Positions 52,006-61,929 of a stretch of 64,000 nucleotides of DNA are shown piece by piece. This DNA comes from Puniceicoccaceae bacterium (GTDB lineage: Bacteria; Verrucomicrobiota; Verrucomicrobiia; Opitutales; Coraliomargaritaceae), in contig SKFT01000110.1 in assembly GCA_007117865.1 (NCBI GenBank), positions 1,004-65,003 of the forward strand, written 5' to 3'. Within the stretch, counting starts at the first letter, position 1. The number at the start of each line of letters is the position of its first letter. The translations under genes and the position numbers were made by a program. A model generated the notes under the pieces. That model had not been told where the DNA came from, made no database searches, and saw only the letters and a program-made list of their open reading frames with translations.

Positions 52006-53076
52006 TTATTGGCTCAGCTGCTGGCGCCAAGCCTTGCGGCAACGTGCGACATCCATTGCGGGGTCAATGGCTGTATTTTGCGCAGCATTATTCATCCATT
52101 GCTGCGCACACCAAGGGGCAAAAAGCGTTCCTTTTGAACCCAGACCATTGAGGATACCAAGGGATGCGTAGCGGGGATGACAGCCGACATAAGGATGCCG
52201 GTCATGTGAGCAGGGGCGTATACCGGCATGGTGTTCATTAATTTTCAGCACAGGATTGTCAGGCAGCATCGACGCGATCTTGCGCAACAGCAAATCACGT
52301 CCCTGGTCAGTGGGTTGCTCATCCAAAGTCTGCCACTCATAGGTCGAACCTGCCAATGCGCTACAATCCCCTTGCGGCAGCAACCATTTTTCCGCGCTGA
52401 GGATGTCGGCTCCCAAAGAACGTTGGCAGGTAAATGCAATTGATTGGCCTTTGGCCGGTTTGAATGGCAAGTGCCCGAACCAGGGATTTTCGCTGACATG
52501 GTGACCCTCGCAGAAGAGGACCTTTTGATAAGCTTGCCCACGCCAACAAACGGCATCGTTTTGCAAACACAGTTCAGCGTATGACAAAGCACCATCCAAA
52601 ACCGTGGCATTATCGCGCAACCATTCCCTCGCCGCCTGCAGGAATGTGGAAATGTTCAGCACTGCCGCGCGTATGCGGCACTCACCCAGTTTGCTTTGTG
52701 GCGAACTTTCCAGTGGACCCAGATAGCTGCGGTGTGCAGGATCGGCCATGCGTTGACTGTGGTAGTCGACTTCCGCCTGGGTACGGAAAATACGACGAAT
52801 GGTCCTGCGTTCAAAAAAGCGCACGGCCAGTCGTTGTTCCCAGTGGCGATAAAAATTTTCGGCAAAGGGCAGGGTGATGTCGATATTCCATGACAAGTGC
52901 AGGCGTGGACCGGTAATGGGATTCAAGATGCCCGCCGCCGCACGAGAAGCCTTGGCACCCGGATAGCTGTCAATCACCGCAACCCGCCACCCACCAGCTA
53001 CTGTCGTCAGCGCGGCAACGGTGCCCGCCAGACCCTGACCCACAATTAACAAATCACCTATGACCCCGGCGCCCAT
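52006..53076 (-). CDS. FAD-dependent oxidoreductase (DAO family)
   Basis: N-terminal dinucleotide fold DLLIVGQGLAGTVAA. 356 aa. Confidence 0.65.
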   Translation of the reverse strand: MGAGVIGDLLIVGQGLAGTVAALTTVAGGWRVAVIDSYPGAKASRAAAGILNPITGPRLHLSWNIDITLPFAENFYRHWEQRLAVRFFERRTIRRIFRTQAEVDYHSQRMADPAHRSYLGPLESSPQSKLGECRIRAAVLNISTFLQAAREWLRDNATVLDGALSYAELCLQNDAVCWRGQAYQKVLFCEGHHVSENPWFGHLPFKPAKGQSIAFTCQRSLGADILSAEKWLLPQGDCSALAGSTYEWQTLDEQPTDQGRDLLLRKIASMLPDNPVLKINEHHAGIRPCSHDRHPYVGCHPRYASLGILNGLGSKGTLFAPWCAQQWMNNAAQNTAIDPAMDVARCRKAWRQQLSQ

Positions 53077-53204
53077 ATTGTTTCAGCGCTAGCAGTCTGC
53101 TGGACTTAGGCAACAGAAAACCGAAAGCGCATAAAAAATACCACCATTTCAAGAAAAGGCTTTACAAAGATCCGCAGTTATTCATTGTTGAACTTTTTAC
53201 TTGT

Positions 53205-53281
<77 letters not shown>

Positions 53282-53284
53282 ATG

Positions 53285-53314
53285 AAAGCCCGTGTCCGTA
53301 AGGAAGCGGGCTTT
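53285..53314 (+). terminator. Hairpin downstream of the tRNA (likely terminator)
   Basis: AAAGCCCG (53285-53292) pairs with CGGGCTTT (53307-53314). The inner TCC-GTAA-GGA extends the stem. Only a weak T-run follows. Confidence 0.5.
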
Positions 53315-53434
53315 CGCCATTGCGGGCCTGGAGTTGAGCAGGGACCATTGTAACCTAAGATAACCTGGTTCTACCCCTACGAGCGCAGCGAGGAGCGCCG
53401 CCTGACGTAGTCGGCGCGCAAGGCAGTAAAAGGC

Positions 53435-54523
53435 TCACGCATTATCTTTATTTTTTGCAGGGCCTAAGTCCGACAGGCTGCTAGGGTTCTTGTATCCGCG
53501 GGCGCGAAGCGTGCGACGGGCGAATTCGCGCATATCCACGGCAGGGTCATCGTGTTCAAAAATTTCCGCACCGATGATTTGCTCGACCACATCTTCCATT
53601 GTGACGACACCGGATGGTGAACCAAATTCATCAACGGCCACTGCTAGTTGCTGGTGGGCTTTGAGAAAGGTTTGCAGGGCATCGGCTGCCGAGGCGTTAT
53701 CCGGTATAAAAAGCACCTCCATACTGAAATCGGACATGGGTCTCGCGTCTTCATCGCGGGCCTTGGCTGATAGCAGGTCCCGGCGACGAACAACGCCGAC
53801 AATATTATCCATCGAGTCTTCGTAAATAGGTATTCGGGCAAAGCGCAGGTTGGCAAACTCATCGAATACGGATTCAACCGTCAGAGATTTCTCGAGGGCA
53901 AAGACCACGGTGCGTGGAGTCATGATATCGCGCACGGGCACATCCTCCAAGTTAAGGGTATTGGCAATCATATCGCGTTCATGCTCGCTTAGATTGCCAT
54001 CCTCTGCGCTGCGTTCGGCCATAAGGACGATTTCCTGCTCGCTGATACCAGTCGCATCTTTCTGGCCGAGCAACTTGCGCACCAACATTCCCACGCCCCA
54101 GGAAATCGGTTTCATAACCGCACATACCCAGACCAGTGGGAAAATAAGCCAGGGTTGGAGGAGCGGACGATAGGCAACACCAAGGTTTTTAGGTATTATC
54201 TCGGAGAAGAATAAAATGCCAGCGGCCATTGCCATTGAGGTATTGAGCAAGACGTTGGCTGAATCGGCCCATATTGTAACAGCCAATCCTCCCACCAGTG
54301 TTGCGCCGATGGTATTGGCAATGGTATTGAGGCTGAGTATCGCGGAACTGGTTTCCTCTATATTTTGTTTACAGTCTTCGAGACGTTTTCCGCGCTTGGG
54401 ATAGGTACGTTTAAGGGATTCGATTTCAGTCGTAGTCGAGCTGAGAATCATTGCTTCAAGAATGGAACACAGCGCGGAAATGCTGATGGTAAATGCAATT
54501 GCCAGGAGGAAGTAGTAAAACAT
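53435..54523 (-). CDS. CNNM/HlyC-CorC-type transporter (DUF21 plus CBS pair)
   Basis: DUF21 TM region (LCSILEAMILSS...), CBS pair (VRDIMTPRTVVFAL...; GVVRRRDLL...; GVVTMEDVVEQIIG). At 362 aa it appears to lack the usual C-terminal CorC_HlyC domain. Confidence 0.8.
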   Translation of the reverse strand: MFYYFLLAIAFTISISALCSILEAMILSSTTTEIESLKRTYPKRGKRLEDCKQNIEETSSAILSLNTIANTIGATLVGGLAVTIWADSANVLLNTSMAMAAGILFFSEIIPKNLGVAYRPLLQPWLIFPLVWVCAVMKPISWGVGMLVRKLLGQKDATGISEQEIVLMAERSAEDGNLSEHERDMIANTLNLEDVPVRDIMTPRTVVFALEKSLTVESVFDEFANLRFARIPIYEDSMDNIVGVVRRRDLLSAKARDEDARPMSDFSMEVLFIPDNASAADALQTFLKAHQQLAVAVDEFGSPSGVVTMEDVVEQIIGAEIFEHDDPAVDMREFARRTLRARGYKNPSSLSDLGPAKNKDNA

Positions 54524-54577
54524 CTGCCGTTTTTAAGATTACCCATCAATTTGATCCAATATATCGCTCGAGTGCAA

Positions 54578-54619
54578 GTAATACCTAATCTAATCAATTT
54601 TGCGAGTTTGGTGCAAGCC
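54578..54619 (+). repeat. 42-nt intergenic motif, copy 2 of 3
   Basis: GTAATACCTAATCTAATCAATTTTGCGAGTTTGGTGCAAGCC. Confidence 0.6.
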
Positions 54620-54682
54620 TAGCGAGAAGCAGCGCACTTGTCCACTGGGCGAGGGTAACCAACTGGCTTAGGATAGAGGCTG

Positions 54683-55603
54683 CTAGTTCTCATGGATCGC
54701 GGCAAAAATGGCCTCGATTGCATCGAGCGTGCGGGGACCGGGAACGGTTAGCCAGTCAGCAGGGATGAAGTGGATGCGAGCGGTTTGCACCGCCCCGATC
54801 TGGCTCCAATAAGTATCTGCCAGCAGTTGTTGGATAAATGCGTTCCTGTCCATTTCGGAGCGCTCTTCACTACTCATTGCCAACAAAATAACCTCGGGAT
54901 TGGCGGCCAGCAGGGCTTCACGATTCAATTGCGGCCAGGGAGAAATAGCTTTGTTGGCAATATTATAGCCGCCGCAGAGTCCTATCAAATCACCGACAAA
55001 CGAGCCGCTGCCAGCACTGTAAAGGGCACTCATGCTGTAGAGCAAGACTACCCGGGGAGGGTCGATGCTCTTCGCTGCAACGGCTGACTCAATACCCGCA
55101 ATGGTCTGGTCCCAATGGATTAAAAACCGTGCGCCTGTCTGCTCCCGTCCCAGCTGTTTTGCGAGGGTCTCAATGTCCTTGCGCAAACCATCCAAACCGC
55201 TGTGTTGCAAGCGCACTGTTGGCAAATTCATTTGTCTCAGGCGTTGTTCCACTTCCACAGGAGTGAGAGCTGAGAGAATGATGCTGTCGGGTTGGAGTGA
55301 GAGAATTTTTTCCGCATCAGGTAAATCAATCCGCCCTATAGAGGCAATATTGAGGGCTTCCGTGGGATGTTTGCAATGCATGGAACGGCCGACCAACAGC
55401 TCACCCGCATCGAGGGCAAAGATGATTTCGGTAATACTGGGTGCGAGCGAGATAATACGCGGCGCATTCTCCAGACGCTCCTGTGATTGCAAGTTTGCGG
55501 CTGGTTTACAGGCAGTAAATAACAGCAGCAATCCAATGAATGGCAAAATAAATAAAGCAACTGTGAGACGCAAGAGATACATACTAGTCAGCAGCGGGAA
55601 CAA
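54683..55603 (-). CDS. Periplasmic binding lipoprotein (cluster A/type 8, BtuF/FhuD-like)
   Basis: Lipobox LFTAC, and PRIISLAPSITEIIFALDAGELLVG, typical of B12/siderophore binding proteins. Confidence 0.7.
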   Translation of the reverse strand: MFPLLTSMYLLRLTVALFILPFIGLLLLFTACKPAANLQSQERLENAPRIISLAPSITEIIFALDAGELLVGRSMHCKHPTEALNIASIGRIDLPDAEKILSLQPDSIILSALTPVEVEQRLRQMNLPTVRLQHSGLDGLRKDIETLAKQLGREQTGARFLIHWDQTIAGIESAVAAKSIDPPRVVLLYSMSALYSAGSGSFVGDLIGLCGGYNIANKAISPWPQLNREALLAANPEVILLAMSSEERSEMDRNAFIQQLLADTYWSQIGAVQTARIHFIPADWLTVPGPRTLDAIEAIFAAIHEN

Positions 55604-58406
55604 AGGGCAGCCATGATCGTGGATCGTAAGCCGAGCGCCAGCGCGGCTCCTCCAGCGTACCGCTGAGATTGCCCTCGAGGATGCCGGGGAAGGGATTGAT
55701 ATTGCGGGTGATGCGACGGATGAAGCCGGGTGTTTCGATCAACTGGCCAAAGAGGTGAATATACAAGCGGAAGTCGATGGCTTTATCAGGTATGGAATAA
55801 GTGCCGATCGCTTCCATTTCACCGACGCTGCCAACTATCATTAATTGAGGAAAGAAGACTTGCTCCCGACGCAGTCGAAAATCGCCATGCATGGTATTTA
55901 AGCGCAAGCTGGTAAAGCCCAGAGGTGTGCTTTCAAAAAGCCGTGAAATAGGGCCTAGTAACGGAATGGTGGCTAGGTTGGGATCTTTTAAGAGGAAGTG
56001 GCCCGGACCCACAAAGGCCATGGGATTGTCTTCGGGGCCTTCGGCATTTAATTGAACACTGATACGCGCAGGATCCTGGTTTTCAGCAACTGGTTGACTA
56101 TCATCTGTCGTTATAGTCGCAGTTATTGGTAGCGGTGTAGCTGCCGTGGCTGACTCGTTTTGGGTGCGCTCCAGGTAATCGCGAACCACATCCAAAGCCT
56201 TTCCGCGTAGGGCATTTTCAAGTTCAAATTGGAAACGCAGTTGAGCCCTATCATCCGCATCCAACCAACGATCCACGTTGAGCATGCCGATGCCGTCAGC
56301 GAGATTGAGTCGAGCCTTGCGTAAATAACTGCGATTACCTTTGCCGTAGAAGTCAAAGGAAAGCCCATCCAGCGGAATGCCTTCGAAGCTAACAGCGCCA
56401 TTGGAAGCAGCTTGAATGAAGACTGAGTTGGCATCTGCTGGCGGATTGAAATCTGGATTATGTTGGCGCACTTCCAGCTGCACCACGGGTGCTTTTTGCA
56501 CATTGAAGGCCGCAGCCCAACGCGCTACCTCTGGTGGTAGTGCGGGGACGATGACTGCAGGATCTATTTCCGCATCCAACAGCATATGATAAATTTCCGG
56601 TCCCGTATTAGAGCCCGGGACGATCAGCCAGAAGATCGAGCCGGAAATCGTGCCACCGCTCTCGTGCAAGGCATAAAGGTCAAACAGTTCCACAAAAGTT
56701 GGTGTACCACGCACCTTGAGGCGACCGGAGTCAATGCGCAGTCCCTCAAATCCAACGTAACGGGCATCAACATTGCCATTGAAGTAGCGCGGACGGCGCT
56801 CAGCATGATTGCCGCGTATCACAAAATCGGCCCAGCTGGTTCCTATTTTGCTAAAGTCAAAGGGACTGAAAATGGATTCCCACCACGAGCCAACGATCGA
56901 GTTGATGGAGTTGGGGTCGAAGATGCCCTCCAAGTGCACCGCATAGTCGCCCGATTGTGAATGGTAGTTGGCGGATATGTAGCCATGATGATTTCCGGTT
57001 TCCAGCAAAGCGCGCTCTACGGCAAAGGCGACACCATCAGTTGTCAATATCGCATCGGCATAATCAATTGTGATGTCGTCCAGGCGCAGCGGTTCAATGC
57101 GCGCCCGCAGGCTGGCCGATTGAAACTGAAAACCTTTTGCAAATCGTACCTTTGCGTTGAGATAGGGACGATCCATAATCTCAATAAAAGGCATCCGAGG
57201 GGTGAGTGGCTTTAGCAATGGGTGCTCCACCAGCAGAATAGGATCAACCGTACCATTTAGCTCAAGATCCGCCTCAGCCCTTAATAGATTTATCCGCGCG
57301 TTGGCTGCCAGGTGTGTGGTGCGATCGAGGGTGATGACCAAATCGCAATGGATGGACTGCAGGCTTTCCATAGAAGCCCAGAGTACTGCCCGGTCAATGC
57401 TCTCCAACTGATAATTAACGGCACCACTTGCAATGGATAATCGGGATTGAGGCTGACTGCTGGAAGAGGACTGGAGACTGAATTGGAGGTCCTCGGCACG
57501 AACTGCAAGCTGTGGACTGCGCAGGCTGTCCAAACTCCCTTGCGCTTCCAGCTGCCAACGGCGATCGCGCAAATCAAAACGCAACTCACCATTAGCGACA
57601 AGGGGACCCAATGAGCCTAAATGCGTGACCAGACGACCGGAATGAAAGTGTGCGGCAGCGATCAAGGTAGAGGGCGCATGTGCCTCTGCGGCAAGTGCCA
57701 GATGTAAATGGGTTTGTTCCGCTTGCGGCAGGTGTTGCAGGCCCGCATCCAAAACTGCTGCAATGGCTTGTAGGGAACTTGCCAAATCGGGGACCGCTGC
57801 TGGAGGGGGTTTTGGCTCGCCGACAACGCGTTGCCGGATGCGCTTCAGGGGTTCGACTCTGGGCCTATGCGGCAGATTACCGCTGGCTGTCAAGGTCATC
57901 ATTTCATGTCGCGCCAGCAAACTATCCAATACCCATGTGCTATCCCGCAACGAAAGCCGACCCTCAATTGCCTGCAATAAGACCTTGCCATCAATATCGC
58001 CACGATACAGACGGGCGTTGAGAATATCAAGGCGTATGCCATCCGTGGTAGTTTTTGGGTCGCGATTGAGTCCCTGCAGGGTGAGCTCGTGGACATATGC
58101 CAGTCTTGCTCCGGTCGTCAAATCGCCGAGTCGCAAACCCTTTACCGTAATGCGCCCACCAGAGTGGTAAACAATGCTTTTGGCAGCTAACCTGGCACCA
58201 CGGAATTGCGCGCGATCATTAAGCCGTTCAAGTACTGCAGAAGGAACCTGCACGTAGCCGTGACTTAAAAACTCGATCAGCAAATGAGATTGCAGCAAGA
58301 AAGTTAAGATCAGGAAAAGGGCCAGCGCGTAATGAAATACGCGTCCAAGCATCGATCCAAGACGGCGGCCAATGGATTTTATTTGCAGGCTATGGGAATC
58401 GGCCAT
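55584..58406 (-). CDS. AsmA/TamB-like large envelope protein (N-terminal anchor, long beta-rich body)
   Basis: TM helix ALALFLILTFLL. 940 aa of repetitive beta-strand-like sequence. The C-terminal ...GILEGNLSGTLEEPRW resembles the AsmA-like C-terminal motif. No search was done. Confidence 0.45.
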   Translation of the reverse strand: MADSHSLQIKSIGRRLGSMLGRVFHYALALFLILTFLLQSHLLIEFLSHGYVQVPSAVLERLNDRAQFRGARLAAKSIVYHSGGRITVKGLRLGDLTTGARLAYVHELTLQGLNRDPKTTTDGIRLDILNARLYRGDIDGKVLLQAIEGRLSLRDSTWVLDSLLARHEMMTLTASGNLPHRPRVEPLKRIRQRVVGEPKPPPAAVPDLASSLQAIAAVLDAGLQHLPQAEQTHLHLALAAEAHAPSTLIAAAHFHSGRLVTHLGSLGPLVANGELRFDLRDRRWQLEAQGSLDSLRSPQLAVRAEDLQFSLQSSSSSQPQSRLSIASGAVNYQLESIDRAVLWASMESLQSIHCDLVITLDRTTHLAANARINLLRAEADLELNGTVDPILLVEHPLLKPLTPRMPFIEIMDRPYLNAKVRFAKGFQFQSASLRARIEPLRLDDITIDYADAILTTDGVAFAVERALLETGNHHGYISANYHSQSGDYAVHLEGIFDPNSINSIVGSWWESIFSPFDFSKIGTSWADFVIRGNHAERRPRYFNGNVDARYVGFEGLRIDSGRLKVRGTPTFVELFDLYALHESGGTISGSIFWLIVPGSNTGPEIYHMLLDAEIDPAVIVPALPPEVARWAAAFNVQKAPVVQLEVRQHNPDFNPPADANSVFIQAASNGAVSFEGIPLDGLSFDFYGKGNRSYLRKARLNLADGIGMLNVDRWLDADDRAQLRFQFELENALRGKALDVVRDYLERTQNESATAATPLPITATITTDDSQPVAENQDPARISVQLNAEGPEDNPMAFVGPGHFLLKDPNLATIPLLGPISRLFESTPLGFTSLRLNTMHGDFRLRREQVFFPQLMIVGSVGEMEAIGTYSIPDKAIDFRLYIHLFGQLIETPGFIRRITRNINPFPGILEGNLSGTLEEPRWRSAYDPRSWLPFVPAAD

Positions 58407-58486
58407 TGGTCAATTTGAGGCTGGCGGATTGAAGGAGTGGTTGGCGATAATTAGCGATCCGTTGCATCGGCCGACAAACCGATCCA

Positions 58487-60433
58487 TCACTCAGCGGACT
58501 CGCTTTCGATAGCAGGCAGTGGCTCAGTTTTAGCAGGTGGATTGCCATCACCAAAAATGGCTTCAGCACGAGCATCAATCGGATCAATGAATTTTTCCAG
58601 AATTTCAATCAGCGAGGGTGGGATGAAGAAAGTTGCGTTGAATGTCTCCGCACTGGCCGCCTGCGATGTGCCGCCAAGCCGTTCGGATAACAATAGATTG
58701 CGCGATTCAAGCTTACCATTCTCTCCACCTGGCAAACGCACCGAATAACTAATACGGTATTGCCAGGGACGTGGATTGTCGGCGTCCAGACGATTTTCCT
58801 CCTGAAATGCATTTTGGATAAAACGCTCCGCCCGTGGTCGACGCAAATAATCGAGCAATCCGAGTAACGCTTCAGCGACTGGTTCTTCGTATTTATTTTC
58901 CAAATACAGAGGCCAGGTCTGCGTTGCAGGATCGATCGATTCATCGATCAACACTGCATCATCGGCGATTGCACTTAAGCGAATATTTTTAATTAGAGCC
59001 GAAGTTGGCAAACGTTCGAGCATGCGATCCCGATAATGCATGGCGTTGAGCGGCAGCAGATCCAGTAATGCCCTGCGGTGCACTTCATAGATAAAGGGTG
59101 CATCCGTCTTGGCGTAAAGCCGTTCATTATCTTCCTCCGGATGTGCCAAGGACAGCTCCAACAGAGTCTCGCCGGCGCGGCTTAGGCGAACGGTGCGGCG
59201 AGGACGCTCGAAGCCAAAGCGGGCAATCTCCTCGTTGGACGGACTGTCAGCAGCGAAACTGACAGCTCGCAATTCACGCAAGCGTTGCAGCAGATCGCTG
59301 ATGATGGCGGCATCTGCTGCCAGGGTTTGCACCTCGCCGGAATCATTGGTTTGTATGATTTGCCAATCGCCCGTTTCCAGCTTCTGCAGGCGAATACTTC
59401 GGCCATTTTGACCTATGGTTATCCCGGAGACGGATGCCGGATTGAATTGGATGAAATTGCGTTGGCGCAGGGCATCCTGTGCCTCGCGCAGAGCGTCAAA
59501 GGGGGCAGCGGGAACAGTAAACACCGTAGGGTTATCTTCCAGGCGGGCAAAATAAGCGCGTTGCCTGGCAGCGCTATCAGTCTCGCCCAAGAGCAGGGTC
59601 TGACGTCGGCGGTTGCCCTGGAGAGTGATCTCCATGGATGGCGTTTCGAATCCCATTACCGCAAGATTCACTGCGCCGGATTCAACAAATCGGTTGGCTT
59701 TGACCTGAGCCAATGCATTGAGAGTATCGTTGACTAATTGTGGATTGGCTTCAACTGCGATTGGGGCCTCAAAATACCAGTTATTCTGAGTGCGGGCCAG
59801 CCGCGTTTTGAGGGTGGCTTCGGTCGCTTCGTTGGATGCCTGCATGGATAGCGAAAGGGTGTTGACCTCAAACACGGGAATCTCAAATACGGTAGGAGAG
59901 CGCAGATCCTCAACATCGAGAGTCAAATCCTTGATAATGGAATTATTAACGACATAGATGCGGCGCTGGTCGGGACCCATCAGGTAGACTTTATTGCCAA
60001 TCTCGGTGGGTGTACCAATGGCGAGGGTGATGCTCGTGCTGCCAGCGGAGATGACCAGGCGAACGACCGGCTCAGCCAGTCCGTAATCGGCAAGTGTTTG
60101 CCCCGTCCGTTCCATTTCTGCGACGGCAAAGGCAGCTTCTTCCTCGATAAATTGCAGCTGGTTGAGCATGCGGTTTACCGCAAAGGCGTTAGCAGGCCAC
60201 TGGATGGGCTCACGCAAATGCCATTGATTGCCGCTGCGTTCGAGGATTCGGGGTTGGTCCATGCGTTGCCAATGCAGTTCAATGCGGTCAGCATCCATTA
60301 CCTCGCGGGCAATCGCACCAGCCAGACTTCCGCGGGCACTCGTTTCCGGCTCACCACGGCGGTCGAGATAGATAATCCAGCCGAAGGCCAGCACATTTAA
60401 CAGCAAAAGGAAAATGGTAAATCGAAAGCGCAT
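58487..60433 (-). CDS. DUF4340 domain protein
   Basis: N-terminal anchor MRFRFTIFLLLLNVLAFGWIIYL and its position directly downstream of GldG, as is typical of DUF4340 genes. Confidence 0.6.
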   Translation of the reverse strand: MRFRFTIFLLLLNVLAFGWIIYLDRRGEPETSARGSLAGAIAREVMDADRIELHWQRMDQPRILERSGNQWHLREPIQWPANAFAVNRMLNQLQFIEEEAAFAVAEMERTGQTLADYGLAEPVVRLVISAGSTSITLAIGTPTEIGNKVYLMGPDQRRIYVVNNSIIKDLTLDVEDLRSPTVFEIPVFEVNTLSLSMQASNEATEATLKTRLARTQNNWYFEAPIAVEANPQLVNDTLNALAQVKANRFVESGAVNLAVMGFETPSMEITLQGNRRRQTLLLGETDSAARQRAYFARLEDNPTVFTVPAAPFDALREAQDALRQRNFIQFNPASVSGITIGQNGRSIRLQKLETGDWQIIQTNDSGEVQTLAADAAIISDLLQRLRELRAVSFAADSPSNEEIARFGFERPRRTVRLSRAGETLLELSLAHPEEDNERLYAKTDAPFIYEVHRRALLDLLPLNAMHYRDRMLERLPTSALIKNIRLSAIADDAVLIDESIDPATQTWPLYLENKYEEPVAEALLGLLDYLRRPRAERFIQNAFQEENRLDADNPRPWQYRISYSVRLPGGENGKLESRNLLLSERLGGTSQAASAETFNATFFIPPSLIEILEKFIDPIDARAEAIFGDGNPPAKTEPLPAIESESAE

Positions 60434-60450
60434 GGTAAGGACTTGCCGAC

Positions 60451-61929
60451 TCAGTGACGGCGCATGAAGAAGATAACAATTCCCAACAAACCAACGGCAG
60501 TGGGCAGGATGGCGAAATAAAACAGCATACGGGTAAGGTTGTCCTGACTAAGGATGACCTGATGACTGGTGAAGGGGCGGGGAGGGATGTTAAGTAAATT
60601 GGTTTGGTCGATACTCCAGTTAATCGCATTCATCATAAGAGTGCGATTGCCGAAGCGCTCAAAGCGATTATTGGCAATAAAGTCGGAATTGCCAATCACT
60701 ACCAGGCGCCCGCCGGGAATGTTAAGACCCAGATCGGCACCACCCATACGCTCCGAAACGGTCGCGATGGCAATGGGACCTTTCAAGTCGCGTTCGGGAT
60801 TGAAAGTGGGATTGCGCTCGGTCCGGTAATCGCGGTCAGCCCAGCTTTGTTCAGAGGTACCAATCAGCTGGGTGACGCGCAGTCGTTCATCCGACATCGC
60901 TCCAATATCAATTCGCACCGGACGCGGCTGACCCATCAGCAGCGTAATTTGATATTCAATCAAAACATTGGTTATGGGGTGCTCCGCCATTCGGCGGATG
61001 ATCAAATCGCCGGCAGCGGAGCGGAAATCCGGACCTGCGTCAAAAACAGCCATGTCTTCGGCCAGTACGCCCCAATCGAAAAACAGATCGTCCAAGCCAG
61101 TCGGACGGCCCGGATCGATTAACACTATCATTCTGCCATTGCGTTCGCTCATATAGCGCCGCAAAAGCTCCTGAGCCTCGGGTGCGATGGGTGCCTGTGG
61201 GGAGGGTATGACAATTAAATCGGCGTTGTCGGGAATTGCCGGAGTTTGGTTGAGGTCAAGTGTAGCAACGGCAATGTTGCGTTGCCGCAGGTGCGACTCC
61301 AATTGAGTCAGTCCCCGGAGCGGATCGGCATCGTCAATGCGCATTTCGCCATGTCCTACGAGAAAATAGATGGAGCGCACGCGACGGGTGGCGACTTCGA
61401 CAATCGCTGAAGTAAAAGCTTGTTCACCTCGAAATGCGGAGATTTGACCATCACGGACGCGATATAGGTCGGCCAATGGAATCTCGCGGGTGCGATCACC
61501 GGAGGCAACCAGAATCACATTTTCCTGAGTCAAACCAAAGCGATTGGCAATCTCGGAAGCCCGGCGTCGTTGTTGGTATATGTCGACAAACTCGACTCTC
61601 ACCATCGCCTCACCGCTATCACGACGACCGGCATAGGTGTATTCGCGCAACAGTTTCTGCAAGTCGCGGTGTACCCTGGGCTCATCCGCGTTTTCGGGAA
61701 TGGTGACGATAATATCGACCGGTTCGCGCAACTCGCGCAAGTAGGCCAGCGTTTCCGGTGCCAGCGTGTAGAGGCCGCCCTCGGTCAAGTCGATCCGCTT
61801 AAACATCTTCGAAGCGATCACGTTCAGCGCGATGATAAGGCAGATAGCGAGCAGGATTTGCAGCACGCGATTGGCACCGCGCACCTTGCGGGCGACCTTA
61901 AAGTTATCCATTTGAGGCATAGGGCTCAC
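60451..61929 (-). CDS. GldG-family ABC-transporter auxiliary protein
   Basis: RIDLTEGGLYTLAPETLAYLRELREPVDIIV, N- and C-terminal TM anchors, and its position after an ABC-2 permease. Confidence 0.75.
   Translation of the reverse strand: MSPMPQMDNFKVARKVRGANRVLQILLAICLIIALNVIASKMFKRIDLTEGGLYTLAPETLAYLRELREPVDIIVTIPENADEPRVHRDLQKLLREYTYAGRRDSGEAMVRVEFVDIYQQRRRASEIANRFGLTQENVILVASGDRTREIPLADLYRVRDGQISAFRGEQAFTSAIVEVATRRVRSIYFLVGHGEMRIDDADPLRGLTQLESHLRQRNIAVATLDLNQTPAIPDNADLIVIPSPQAPIAPEAQELLRRYMSERNGRMIVLIDPGRPTGLDDLFFDWGVLAEDMAVFDAGPDFRSAAGDLIIRRMAEHPITNVLIEYQITLLMGQPRPVRIDIGAMSDERLRVTQLIGTSEQSWADRDYRTERNPTFNPERDLKGPIAIATVSERMGGADLGLNIPGGRLVVIGNSDFIANNRFERFGNRTLMMNAINWSIDQTNLLNIPPRPFTSHQVILSQDNLTRMLFYFAILPTAVGLLGIVIFFMRRH

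Noticed and set aside
55584-55700. Cobalamin riboswitch upstream of the BtuF-like binding protein
   Set aside because: The gene start overlaps the preceding ORF by 20 nt, so there is no leader to hold a riboswitch.
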